A stretch of 64,000 bases of DNA from Candidatus Poribacteria bacterium (lineage in GTDB: Bacteria > Poribacteria > WGA-4E > WGA-3G). The notes beneath the pieces are model-generated. The model saw only the letters and a program-made list of their open reading frames with translations. It had not been told where the DNA came from and made no database searches. Each line of letters starts with the position of its first letter. The first letter of the stretch is position 1. A program made the position numbers and the translations under genes. This document shows, one piece after another, positions 45,979-57,275 of the stretch. The DNA is taken from positions 224,001 to 288,000 of the forward strand of contig OZ219753.1 of the NCBI GenBank assembly GCA_964291315.2, in the 5' to 3' direction.

Positions 45979-48900
45979 TTACACTTTCCGTTTTCTTCGC
46001 GCTGCAGCTCTCCTTTTGAGCTGGACAGGTGCTGGTGGTGGCGGAGGTGGTGGGGTCACAACTTTCCAGAAGTGTGGTAGGAAAGTCTCCCAATTCGCTA
46101 GAATCTTTTGAGCGTGTGGGCTTCTAGTGTATGCGGCGTGATTTTGTATAAGCGCCATCAGATTCTTAATATCGGTTTCGTTCGTCACTTTTTCCAATTT
46201 TACCCAATCGGAATTAAATCTCTTCTCGAAGTGTTGTTCTTCATCAAGAACGTAGACAGTACCGCCTGTCATGCCCGCTCCAAAGTTTCTGCCTGTTTCA
46301 CCAAGGATCACAACCACACCCGCTGTCATGTATTCACACCCGTGGTCTCCGACGCCTTCAACTACGGCAGTTGCTCCGCTATTTCGGACACAAAACCGTT
46401 CGCCAGCTCGCCCGGCTGCGTAAAGTGTGCCACCTGTAGCCCCGTATAAAACTGTATTACCGATGATTGTGTTTTCATACGTCCGGAATGGTGCTGTTGG
46501 TGCCGGCTTAATGATAAGTTCTCCCCCTGCAATACCTTTGCCTACATAATCATTGGCTTCGCCTGTCAACACGAATTGGATACCACTGATACAAAACGCG
46601 CCGAAACTTTGTCCAGCGCTTCCTTCAAAGTTACACTGAATTGTTCTATCAGGCAGCCCAGTCGCGCCGTAGCGCGTTGCGATTTCACCTGATAGCTTTG
46701 CCCCGACTGTTCGGTTTGTATTTCGGATCCGATAGAAGAGCTGAATTGATGTTTTCTGTGTGATTGCCTTTGCTGCGTCTTTGAGGATTGAATCATCGAG
46801 TGGTGTATCCTCCCGATCGTTCCGTTCTTGTAGATGATAACGTGGCTGTGTGCCTGTCGGGTCGGCAGGTGTTAGAATTTCGCTCAAATCCAATGTTGCT
46901 GCCTTCGGGTAATCTGTTAAATTGATGGGTTGGAGCAACTCTGGACGTCCAATAACATCGTTCAGGCAGCGGTGTCCAAGATTCGCGAGAATTCCGCGTA
47001 CTTCGTTGGCGACCCCGATCATGAAATTAACAACCATTTCTGGGGTTCCTGGATATTTTGCGCGGAGTGCCGGATCTTGGGTGGCTATGCCGACCGGGCA
47101 TGTATTTAAGTGACATTGGCGTGCCATAATGCATCCGGTTGCTACCATGGCTATCGTTCCGAAGCCGTATTCTTCCGCGCCTAACATCGCTGCGATAACG
47201 ATATCTCGTCCTGAACGCATCCCGCCATCTGCTCGTAATGTGACGCGATCTCGTAATTCGTTTTCCACGAGTGCGCGCTGCGTCTCGGCAAGTCCGAGTT
47301 CCCAAGGGGTTCCTGCGTTCTTAATGGAACTCAGAGGCGATGCCCCGGTACCTCCTTCATGTCCGCTCACCTGAATAACATCTGCATAGCCTTTTGCGAC
47401 TCCTGATGCAATCGTTCCGACCAGAAATTCGGACACTAATTTTACGGCAACTTTGGCGCGAGGGTTTGCCTGCTTCAGATCGTAGATGAGCTGTGCTAGA
47501 TCCTCAATAGAATAGATATCGTGATGTGGCGGTGGCGAGATAAGCGGCACGCCTGGCACAGAGTGTCGAAGCGCGGCGATTTCAGCAGTCACCTTATGTC
47601 CCGGAATTTGCCCGCCCTCTCCCGGTTTTGACCCTTGTGCCATCTTGATTTCCAATTCCTCCGCCGAGGCGAGATATGTTGGTGTTACACCGAAACGTCC
47701 GGATGCCACCTGCTTGATGGCGCTGGAGGCAAGATCGCCGTTGGGTTGCCGTTTGAAGCGTGCACTACTTTCACCGCCTTCTCCACTTCCGGATTTCCCG
47801 CCCAGCCGATTCATAGCGATCGCTAACGTTTCATGTGTTTCTCGACTTAATGCCCCGAAAGACATACTGCCGGTTGTGAATCGACGAACAATATCCTCTG
47901 CGGGTTCCACTTCCTCAAGCGGGATTGGTTTACTAGGTTTAAACGCAAGTAAATCTCGTAGGCTCGATAGTTCTCCACTCTCAACGGCTGCAGCATACTT
48001 GTCATAGTCTTCCGGTCGCCCCTCCTTCACAAACTTGTGGAGTGCCTTAAACATGGTCGGATTGAACGCATGAAATTCCCCGTTTCTGCGGAAGCGGAAA
48101 AAGCCTGCTTCTTCTAATGAAGTATCATTGACATTTTCCGAAAATGCTTTCATATGAAAATGAAGTGTTTCGGCGGCGATTTCCGAAAAACCGATACCAC
48201 TTAATCGTGAGGTTGTGCCTGTAAAACACTTATCGATGACTGTGGCATTAATGCCGAGTGCTTCAAATATCTGGGCCCCCCGGTAACTTGATACCGTCGA
48301 AATACCCATTTTCGCCATAATTTTCAGAATGCCTTTTTCGACTGTTGCCTTGTAGGTTTCGATCGCTTTTTCTGTCGTCATCTCTTTAAATTCACCGTTC
48401 TCGGCAAGTTGTGCAATTGTTGAGAGTGCGAGATAAGGGTTGATTACAGCTGCACCATAACCCAGAAGAACTGCAAAGTGGTGTTCCTCTCTTGCATCTC
48501 CTGTTTCAGCGATAAGGCTTACCTGCATCCGTTTCCGTTCACGGATCAGATGATGATGAACAGCACCGACCGCTAGTGCCATAGGAATCGGTGCAAAATC
48601 GCGGCTGACTTCCTTGTCGCTTAATACGAGGAGTGTTTTTCCTGCATCAACTGCCTCACAGGCACGTTCACATAGCGTTTCCAAGGCATTTTCCAAGCCT
48701 TGTTTACCGGCATCTATTGGAAAACATGCAGAAAGTGTTGCTATCTCAAACTCGGGTATATCAAGTTCCCGCAGGGCTTGTAGATCCGTGTTCGTTAAAA
48801 TTGGCGAGGGGAGTCGAATCAGTCGAGCGTGTGCTGGCGTTTCTGTTAGCAAACTATGCTGGCGTCCAAGGTGGGTAGTCAGAGACATTACCAAACGTTC

Positions 48901-50472
48901 TCGAATCGAGTCAATCGGTGGGTTTGTAACTTGCGCGAAACGTTGTTTGAAGTAACTGTAGAGCGAACGCGGGTTACGAGAAATTACAGCGGGAGGGGTG
49001 TCATCACCCATTGAACCGACAGCTTCTTTTGCCTCTGTTATCATCGGTTTAATAAAACGTTCTACATCCTCAGTTGTATATCCAAAGGCTTTCTGATATA
49101 TCGGGAGTGTCTCAGGAGTGAGTTTTGCCGTGTTGGGTGTCTTGATAGTGTCGGTGGACAGCAGCACGGTTCCTTTCTGCACCCACTTTGCATAAGGCTT
49201 CTGATTGGCAATAGTGTGCTTAATCTCTGCGTTCTTTAGCAATTCGCTGTTCGCTGTATCCACTGCGATCATTTGTCCTGGTCCCAAACGTCCCTTCTCA
49301 ACAATGCAACTTTCATCAAGTTCAATAAGACCGACTTCGGATCCCATAATAACAGTCCCGTCTTCCGTGACTTTATAGCGTGCGGGGCGTAGGCCGTTTC
49401 TGTCAAGACTGGCGCCGACAATAACGCCGTCGGTAAAGGCGACTGCTGCTGGGCCGTCCCACGGTTCGCTGACGCATGACAGGTACTCATAACACGATTT
49501 CAGAGCGTCGGGCATATCGGGAATCTGTTCGTAAGCTTCCGGCATTAGGCACATCATCGCGTGCAAAATGCTACGGTCAGAGTGTGCTAATAACTCCAAC
49601 ACGTTATCCAAGCTCATTGAGTCGCTGCCTCGTTTGTTGATAATAGGGACAAGTTTTTGGATATGTTTATTCCAGACTGGTGATTGTAAGTCGGCTTCGC
49701 GGGCCACCATCCAATTTCGATTACCCATCAAGGTGTTGATTTCACCGTTGTGTGCCAGCATATGGAAAGGTTGCGCGAGCATCCATGTGGAAGAGGTGTT
49801 TGTACTGTAGCGTTGGTGAAAAACAGCGAGTGCTGCTTCAAAATCTGAATCTTTCAAATCCAGATAGAATTGCGCGAGCTGGGGTGCTACTAGTAAGCCT
49901 TTATAGACAACCGTCCGATGTGAAAAAGAGGCGATATGGAATTCGTTATCGAGTGCAGCTGCCGCGATACGGTGCTCAAGCTCCTTACATATCAAATATA
50001 GGTGTCGTTCAAAGGTATCGTCGGTGATGTGCTCTGGCCGCCCGATGAGTACTTGTTGAATTTCTGGTACTGTTTCTAGCGCCTTGGTCCCAAGGGCGGT
50101 CGTGTTGATCGGAACCGAACGCCATCCGAGCAGTGGGGTACCGTATTCTTGTAATATCTTTTCCACGAGTACCCTGCTTTGTTGTGCGTTGGGGGCGTGC
50201 GCTGGTAAGAAAAGCATCCCCACTCCCAAGTCGGTTATCTTGTCTAGGCGAACGCCGAGTTTCTGTAGCTCTTTTTGAAATAACCTCTGTGGAATCTGTG
50301 TTAGGATACCTGCACCATCACCTGTCTTTGCATCAGCTGCCACTGCTCCCCGGTGTGTTAAGTTTGTGACCGCCTGGGTCGCCATTTCAATGATCTTGTG
50401 ACTTCGACTTCCGAAACGGTTCGTTACAAACCCGACACCACACGCATCCTTTTCATTTAAATTTTTATACAT
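45979..50472 (-). CDS. gltB: Glutamate synthase large subunit
   Basis: DACGVGF N-terminal nucleophile, HQRYSTNT, EPWDGPA, KQVASGRFGV, CIMARQCHLNTCP, GDHGCEYMT. Confidence 0.97.
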   Translation of the reverse strand: MYKNLNEKDACGVGFVTNRFGSRSHKIIEMATQAVTNLTHRGAVAADAKTGDGAGILTQIPQRLFQKELQKLGVRLDKITDLGVGMLFLPAHAPNAQQSRVLVEKILQEYGTPLLGWRSVPINTTALGTKALETVPEIQQVLIGRPEHITDDTFERHLYLICKELEHRIAAAALDNEFHIASFSHRTVVYKGLLVAPQLAQFYLDLKDSDFEAALAVFHQRYSTNTSSTWMLAQPFHMLAHNGEINTLMGNRNWMVAREADLQSPVWNKHIQKLVPIINKRGSDSMSLDNVLELLAHSDRSILHAMMCLMPEAYEQIPDMPDALKSCYEYLSCVSEPWDGPAAVAFTDGVIVGASLDRNGLRPARYKVTEDGTVIMGSEVGLIELDESCIVEKGRLGPGQMIAVDTANSELLKNAEIKHTIANQKPYAKWVQKGTVLLSTDTIKTPNTAKLTPETLPIYQKAFGYTTEDVERFIKPMITEAKEAVGSMGDDTPPAVISRNPRSLYSYFKQRFAQVTNPPIDSIRERLVMSLTTHLGRQHSLLTETPAHARLIRLPSPILTNTDLQALRELDIPEFEIATLSACFPIDAGKQGLENALETLCERACEAVDAGKTLLVLSDKEVSRDFAPIPMALAVGAVHHHLIRERKRMQVSLIAETGDAREEHHFAVLLGYGAAVINPYLALSTIAQLAENGEFKEMTTEKAIETYKATVEKGILKIMAKMGISTVSSYRGAQIFEALGINATVIDKCFTGTTSRLSGIGFSEIAAETLHFHMKAFSENVNDTSLEEAGFFRFRRNGEFHAFNPTMFKALHKFVKEGRPEDYDKYAAAVESGELSSLRDLLAFKPSKPIPLEEVEPAEDIVRRFTTGSMSFGALSRETHETLAIAMNRLGGKSGSGEGGESSARFKRQPNGDLASSAIKQVASGRFGVTPTYLASAEELEIKMAQGSKPGEGGQIPGHKVTAEIAALRHSVPGVPLISPPPHHDIYSIEDLAQLIYDLKQANPRAKVAVKLVSEFLVGTIASGVAKGYADVIQVSGHEGGTGASPLSSIKNAGTPWELGLAETQRALVENELRDRVTLRADGGMRSGRDIVIAAMLGAEEYGFGTIAMVATGCIMARQCHLNTCPVGIATQDPALRAKYPGTPEMVVNFMIGVANEVRGILANLGHRCLNDVIGRPELLQPINLTDYPKAATLDLSEILTPADPTGTQPRYHLQERNDREDTPLDDSILKDAAKAITQKTSIQLFYRIRNTNRTVGAKLSGEIATRYGATGLPDRTIQCNFEGSAGQSFGAFCISGIQFVLTGEANDYVGKGIAGGELIIKPAPTAPFRTYENTIIGNTVLYGATGGTLYAAGRAGERFCVRNSGATAVVEGVGDHGCEYMTAGVVVILGETGRNFGAGMTGGTVYVLDEEQHFEKRFNSDWVKLEKVTNETDIKNLMALIQNHAAYTRSPHAQKILANWETFLPHFWKVVTPPPPPPPAPVQLKRRAAARRKRKV

Positions 50473-50801
50473 CTGTAGACTGACTCTCCATACATTCTTC
50501 TACATTCTTTTTTTTTCGCATCATAGAGCGAGCGTTCTACGTATCTCGCCATCTTCTATTTTTTAGTGTGGTTCATATACCTTAGCCTTGTCCTGTTTTG
50601 TCAAGGGGATAAACAACTAAAGATTGGATATAATCTTTTGTACGGTTTTAGACAGACGCTGGCTATCGTATCCTGCCGGAGATAACGTGTCCTAAGGCAA
50701 GAGAGAACCACTGGAATCACATGGGTGATTCGCAACCGGCTTGGCGGGCTTATATGACTCGGTTTTAATTTTTTTAGCCAAAATCAGCTATTAACACTAA
50801 T

Positions 50802-50830
50802 ATTATACCTTAATTTGCCTCGAAAGTCAA
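50802..50830 (-). promoter_or_regulatory. sigma70-like promoter for gltB
   Basis: TTGACT-17 bp-TATAAT on the minus strand. Confidence 0.7.
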
Positions 50831-51125
50831 GTAATTTCCTTATATTCTGATAACCACAAGGGGTCCACGTTCTGTAGGAGGCATTGTTTCCGAATGCCCA
50901 CTTCTTTTTTTCCGCTGGTATTTGGGGGATCAAATTGGTTTACCTACCGGTTCTCTCGCTTCGTAGTGTTCGCCGGTGCAGTTCTTTGTATAGGGAACAT
51001 AATGACCCAATCGTTCTAAATCTATAGCATTATCTTAAAATATAATCAAGTTAAAAATATCTGGCGGCTTACTTTTCACGTCTCCATGGAACGGAAGATA
51101 TGCGGCTCCGAATCGCCATTAGATC

Positions 51126-54100
51126 TCACACCGCCATCCCCGCCTCACGATACGTCTGCTCAATCAACGCGATCTCCGCATCTGTTAACTCATACACCCG
51201 ATACACCCACCGGTCTATCTCCCGCTCGATGTCGCGCACGTTATCGCTCTCTGGGGCTGCTAGTATCTGTTCAACGAGACATGATACTTCTGCTTTCTGT
51301 GTATCAGTGCAATCTGCCATAGGAACCTTCTCCATATGTTGCGAAAAGAAAGACAAACCTCCGCCTGCCCACGGGTCGTTGAGACTCTGAAATTTATGGC
51401 GTGCATACCAGTCAAACAGTCTACTATTCAAAATAGCAAGTAAAGGGAGATCATGGGTCGGTATGAAGTGTGTTGAGTTTAATCCGAATGATTTCATTGT
51501 GTCATAGCATGCGTGAATCGATTTTGAAATCTCTGGGTACAAAATCTTAGGTTTTTCAAACTCGGCATAGTATGCACAAGATCGAAGTTCCCAATAAAAT
51601 GTGCCCTGATCGTCCCTTTTGATCAAGCGCTTGCGATAGCCGAGCAAATGTTGATGGATTGCGGGGTAGGCTCTTGCAAAAATCCGTTCTGCCTCTGAGG
51701 TGTTGCTTGCATCTGACCAGGGCCAGTCTCTATTCGCACTGCTCTCTATCGCTATTAGGTATTCATTTGCGGGTATTGCCTTCCATTTACGAAGATTACG
51801 CCCTCTGAGCAAAGGCTTTATGAGCTCATCGCTCTTCGGATCCTCGGAGATCAGCCGCTGCCGCACAGCCGCATCGATGATAAACGCTTTGTTATATCCT
51901 GTCTTCACTCCCATATAAAAACCTTCCTTGACATATTCTCCGAGGGGTGTGCCGGTGGTTTCGAGTTTCCGCAGGAGCTGCAGTGTCTCGGGCGATGCCA
52001 ACGTCCAGCCCTCCGCTGATAAATCACGCGGATGCAGCCGAAACGCCCGCTCCCGAAACGCCACAGACAGCCGCAGCACATCGGACGCATCCCGAAACGT
52101 CGCCACCGAAACAGGCGCTCCGTCTGATGTGGCATTTTCAAGGATCAGGATACAGGTATCCACACTCGCTTTGAAGACAGAGACACTCCCGAAGTCAAGC
52201 AGCCGCTGAATGCGTTGGGTATCGCTGAAAAAGGTACGCAGTTTTCTGCCATACGCTGCCCGCAAAAACTTGTTTGAGGAGATATACGCCAAGATGCCGT
52301 GCCTCCGCAGCAGCTCCGTGCCGCGCTTGTAAAAATAGACGTAGAGGTCTGCGGTGCCGACATACACCTCTGGGAATAGCCGTTTGTAAGTCGGCTTCAT
52401 CGCTTTGATAAGTTCTTGTCGCACATAAGGCGGGTTGCCAATCACAATGTCAAAACCGCCCGCTTGGAAGACCTCCGGAAACTCCACCTGCCAGACAAAC
52501 GCCTCCTCCGGGGCATCTTGCCAGCCTTGAAGATCCGCTCGGAGTGCGGCGATCTCCGCTCGGAGTGCCTCTTTCTTTGCGTCCCCGTGTGTGATGAAAT
52601 AGTCCGCTTGTTTCTCCTGTATCGCTTGGATCAACGGCCTTTCAAGCGTCAGCTGTTCGGGGGTTGCACCGGTCAAACTGTCTCCGGTTGCAACCTTATA
52701 GTCCAAGTTCGGCAGCGGTTCCGGTACGGCACCTTCATAGTCTACTGTGAGGCTCAGCCAGAGGCGCAACATCGCGATGTTGACTGCGAAGCCGTCTCTG
52801 TCCACACCGTAAAGGTTCTTCCGAATAATCTCCAGTTTGCGTTCATACACCGTACGAGTATCGGTCTGATCGCTTTGGAACAGAGCATCGCGCAGGCGGA
52901 GCAGTTCGCCCATCATCCCGAGTAGATACGCACCGCTCCCACACGCAGGATCACACACCCGTAAGTTCTGCAGCACCGCTAACACGCCCTCTGAATCGCG
53001 GATCCCCGTGGCATCGCCACCGTCTACGAATTGTGTCAGGCAAGCCGCGGTTTCTGCTGTCTGCTTCTGCAAGCAGAGCTTCAGGCTCTCCCGACACATG
53101 AAGGAGACAACCGCACGCGGCGTGTAGTAGCTCCCACTGGCGTGCCGCCCCGTGACCAGTTCCTCAAACACCTTACCCAGCATCTCGGGATCCACTGCAA
53201 CCTCTATGTCTAGCGGCGTGGACTCGGTGATCGTGAAGTTATAACGTTCAAAGAGATTGAGGATTTCAGCGAAGGTGTCGTTCGGCAGATCCACGGCGTG
53301 TTGTTCATCATACGGCTGCATCTCGAAGAGGCCACCGTTGAGGAACGGCACATCGCCGCGCCGGGTGCGCGCGGCGGCATCTTCGGCATCGGACTGGCCG
53401 GCAGGATTGCTGAGACCGTGGAAGAAGACGTAATAGAGCCGGTCGTTGAGCAAGCTCTCTGTGTGAGGCTCCTTGTACTTATCAGAGATTACCCCCCCCG
53501 CTTCTTGTCGATTCCGCACTGCCAGACGACGATTCTATACCCACCGCCGCCTCATACAACGCACGGAAGTAGTCCCGACGACCCGCATACCGCAACCAAC
53601 CTTTTCTCTCAAGAAAACGCAGAAACATCAAACGATTCAACAGACGCTGCGTATACAGACGACGCTCATCCGCCTCGCTCTTTGGGATCCCTGACAGTGC
53701 CGCCTCCACTAATTCGAAGACGCTCCTATACTCACGGAAAAACTGATCCGTCACAGCCGCCACATCAAACGCACGCTGCCATTTAGCAACCCACGCTTGC
53801 GGAGAGGAAAAACCGCCACGCGGAAAAATAAGGGCCGGCAGGTTGTATTCACACAGCGTCCGAAGGTGCGTATCCCCACGATCCCACGAGAATATAGACA
53901 GCACCGCATCCTGCCAAGACGCACCCGCACCTGAAAAGTGGGCAAACGCAAACCGATGAAAATCAGCAGTCGTGCAGATGAATAGCAGATGATCCAGCTC
54001 CCACGCAGGCAACCGTGCATCTCGGGTGCGCCTTTCAACCAGACCCCGCAGAACCCGCCGCAACTCCGTGCGATACACCCGCTCGCTACTGAATTCAACA

Positions 54101-54360
54101 AAGAAGATGCCCCACGGCTGCGAGCCGACCTCGGGAGAAAATCCCAACGCCTCGCGCGCGAACGGCGGCAGCTGATCACACGCAACAAGGCGTGCCTCAG
54201 ACGTTTCATCAAGCTCCAGCTCTGATGACGACCACGGGAAGGCTATCTCTCCGAGCGTCACGTCTTCAGGGATAGGCCATTCGAGGGTTTGGCGAAAAAA
54301 CGCCAACAGTGTCTCGAAGTCAGTTATAGTATCAACAGCTTCAACGGTTATATATGACAT
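51126..54360 (-). pseudogene. Type IIG (Eco57I-like) restriction-modification enzyme split into two ORFs at a G8 tract
   Basis: DPEMLGKVFE, GSYYTP, DPACGSGAYL (motif I), IGNPPY (motif IV), TaqI-C-like TRD; ORFs 53482..54360 and 51126..53519 overlap at C8 53492-53499. Confidence 0.85.
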
Positions 54361-54490
54361 TGGTATTCCTCAAGGGTTAGCTCACAGGACTTTCCTGTTG
54401 AACAGATTGTCGGTTTCACTACGTTCAGCCATATCACCTATTGTTTGGCATGCGATGATATAAACAGTTAACGCATCGACAGAGATATAA

Positions 54491-55171
54491 TTACCGTTTT
54501 ATTGCCACCGAAATACCGTCTCTGAGCGGGATGATCGTTGTGAATACTTCTGGTGAATTGTAGAGAAGCCGAGTCATTTCTTTAACACCAACGGTGGTAG
54601 TGTGAAGCCATTGTTCCTGCTCGTCGAGTCCTTCTGTTGCACTATCCGGCTCCTGCGTGAGGACACGTCCTCCCCACAGCATATTGTCTGTGATAAACAG
54701 CCCGCCGTGCCTGAGGCGTGGAATTGCTTTCTGAAACGCTTTGGGATATCCGTCTTTATCAATATCGTTATAGATAATGTCAAATTCGCCCTGGGTTGCG
54801 TCTATAATTTCAAGGGCGTTGCCGACGCGATAATCGATGCGGTCTGCAACGCCGCCACGGGCAAGATACCCGGCAGCGCGCTCTGCGTTGGCCTGCGATC
54901 CATCGGTACAAATGATAGTGGCTTCCGGTTTCTGTAGTGCCTTCGCCATCCAATACGCCGAATAGCCGAAGCCCGAGCCCATTTCGAAAATTCGAGTCGG
55001 ATTGGTGAGCAGGACTAATTGATGCAAGACGCGCCCTACCAGCGGGCCCACGATGGGAAATCGATTTTCCCGGGCATGCTCCTCCATTTCTGCGAGAACT
55101 TCGTCGCGTTCAGGAATAATGTCGAGTAAGTAGTTATCAATTGAAGGATGAAGAATGTTCAAACGTTGCAT
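54491..55171 (-). CDS. Class I SAM-dependent O-methyltransferase (COMT/MdmC-like)
   Basis: FEMGSGFGYS, DIDKDGY, GGLFITDN, IPLRDG. Confidence 0.88.
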   Translation of the reverse strand: MQRLNILHPSIDNYLLDIIPERDEVLAEMEEHARENRFPIVGPLVGRVLHQLVLLTNPTRIFEMGSGFGYSAYWMAKALQKPEATIICTDGSQANAERAAGYLARGGVADRIDYRVGNALEIIDATQGEFDIIYNDIDKDGYPKAFQKAIPRLRHGGLFITDNMLWGGRVLTQEPDSATEGLDEQEQWLHTTTVGVKEMTRLLYNSPEVFTTIIPLRDGISVAIKR

Positions 55172-55654
55172 AAATATCTCCTTTTTTCAATCAGGCACTT
55201 CTCTCAGTCCCCGATCAGCACATATACACCCGGTGTTAACGACCTGGGCACCCGAGCTCCTGGCAGAGCTGCATGAATTATTTCAAGGCGGACAAGTTGG
55301 CAATGGCTTTCTAACTGTACCGCCTCGGCATGAGATTTTCCGATGTCCACAACCCGATAATCGCACACCACGCGGTATTTGTTCGTGATTTTTCTGAAGG
55401 TTGCCAAGAAGAGAGGCGATTCGATTGTCTCTATCATAGCAGCTTTTTAGTTGGAGGACAACAAAAAAGTGCGTAACGGATTGACTTTAGATTCTAAATC
55501 TATTATCCTATTGAGATAGGGCGATTGGGTTTTGGTGTTTTCCTGTTTCTATGGAAGAAGGTAGTCCCTTCTCTTTGTAGGACGGAATTCCTACTCCCGA
55601 CTGCTATAAACTATAGATAGAATTTGGAAATTCCTTTTGCAGCAAGACAGGAAA

Positions 55655-55683
55655 TTGACAAAAATAAAAAAATAGAATATGAT
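55655..55683 (+). promoter_or_regulatory. sigma70-like promoter for the sulfatase operon
   Basis: TTGACA-17 bp-TATGAT. Confidence 0.65.
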
Positions 55684-55886
55684 TTAAGAATATCGAGCAG
55701 GGAAGAGATCAAGATTTGGAAATTCCTTCTGTAGAAGAGAAAACGTATCTGCTGGAGAGCAGTCTACACGGAGATTGTTTGCCCGGAAACGGACCATGGG
55801 TTGAAGATACGTCAGCAAAACCACATATTTAGAGGATAAAGAACAACTACTCCTAGGCTATCAAGGCGGCCTTATAGGATCCTAAG

Positions 55887-57266
55887 ATGACTCGAAAAAT
55901 GGATAGACCGAACGTTCTCTTTATCATGTCAGACCAGCACCGTTACGATTATCTGGAAACTGATGAAAACGCGCCTACCGTCCTCCGTACTCCGAGCTTG
56001 CGCCGTTTAGCAGAACGAGGCGTGAGTTTCCGGAACTGTACCGTGAACGCTCCAGTCTGTGCACCATCACGTATTGCCCTTGCATCCGGACTGCAGCCCT
56101 CACGTGTAGGGGCAGTAGACAACGGGAGTTTTTTACCGTCTACTGTTCCCACTTACTATCAACAGCTCCGTGACCACGGTTACCATGTTGGATGTGTCGG
56201 CAAACTCGACCTTGCCAAGCCTGATGGGTATAACGGACGTTATGGTGATCGACCGCGTACTTATAGTTGGGGTTTCACACATCCGGAAGAGTGTGAAGGC
56301 AAGATGCACGCTGGAAGTTCACCAATACCTATTGGTCCTTACACCCACTACCTTGAGGAAAAACGGTTGCTCAGGGCGTTTCATGAAGACTATCGGAAAC
56401 GCAGTAGCAGCGGTTGGATTAAAAACGCATCTCACGATTCTGTCCTTTCAACGGAGGATTTCGCTGATGTCTACATCGGTAGACGAGCGACTGAATTTAT
56501 TGAGCTCATTCCGTACGATTTTCCGTGGCACCTGTTCGTCAGTTTTGTCGGCCCCCATGATCCTTTTGATCCGCCAACTGAATACGGTGATAAGTACCGG
56601 GATGCCGAGACACCTGCTATTATTGCTGACAATATGGACAGGAAACCCGACTGGGTGAAACGACGCGTTATTGATATAAGCCCCGAGGAAATGGCAATAA
56701 CACGCCGACAATATTGTGCCGCTATCGAGCTAATCGATAACCAAATCGGTGAGATACTGCATGCACTTGAAAAACGCGGAATGCTCGACAATACTTACAT
56801 CATTTATTCAAGTGATCACGGCGAAATGCTTGGTGACCATGGACTTTACACCAAGAGCGTTGCCTACGAAGCATCGCTTAGAGTGCCGCTTATTGCTGCT
56901 GGACCCGACATTGAAGGGAATCGAATATCAGGCAGTTTGGTTGAATTAATCGATCTGAATCCGACGATATGCGAATTGGTTGGTGTGCCCGTGTTGCCAA
57001 GTATTGATGCGAAGTCTATCGTGCCCGTTCTGCACGGTAAAACTGAAACACATCGCACTGAAGCTGTGAGTGCGCTCCGAAACTTCCGATGTATTCGTAC
57101 GACAACACATAAACTTATCGAAAACTACAACGATGTGACGGAATTGTACGATTTGGAGAATGATCCTTCGGAACTGCACAATATCGCAACATCGGAACAA
57201 GAAATCGTCAGAGTCCTCAGTGGGCGTTTAGGAAGACGGTTCCGATCGGAGTTAGGGGCCGCCTAA
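55887..57266 (+). CDS. Formylglycine-dependent sulfatase (family S1)
   Basis: PNVLFIMSDQHR, CAPSR, PHDPF, SDHGEMLGDHG, ELYDLENDPSE. Confidence 0.93.
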   Translation: MTRKMDRPNVLFIMSDQHRYDYLETDENAPTVLRTPSLRRLAERGVSFRNCTVNAPVCAPSRIALASGLQPSRVGAVDNGSFLPSTVPTYYQQLRDHGYHVGCVGKLDLAKPDGYNGRYGDRPRTYSWGFTHPEECEGKMHAGSSPIPIGPYTHYLEEKRLLRAFHEDYRKRSSSGWIKNASHDSVLSTEDFADVYIGRRATEFIELIPYDFPWHLFVSFVGPHDPFDPPTEYGDKYRDAETPAIIADNMDRKPDWVKRRVIDISPEEMAITRRQYCAAIELIDNQIGEILHALEKRGMLDNTYIIYSSDHGEMLGDHGLYTKSVAYEASLRVPLIAAGPDIEGNRISGSLVELIDLNPTICELVGVPVLPSIDAKSIVPVLHGKTETHRTEAVSALRNFRCIRTTTHKLIENYNDVTELYDLENDPSELHNIATSEQEIVRVLSGRLGRRFRSELGAA

Positions 57267-57275
57267 TAAATTCCA

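Noticed and set aside
51126-54360. BREX/DISARM defence island
   Set aside because: No accompanying brx/pgl/drm genes; it is a single RM-type gene between housekeeping genes.
55204-55437. 77-aa ORF upstream of the O-methyltransferase
   Set aside because: No convincing RBS or motif; cannot be supported as a gene.
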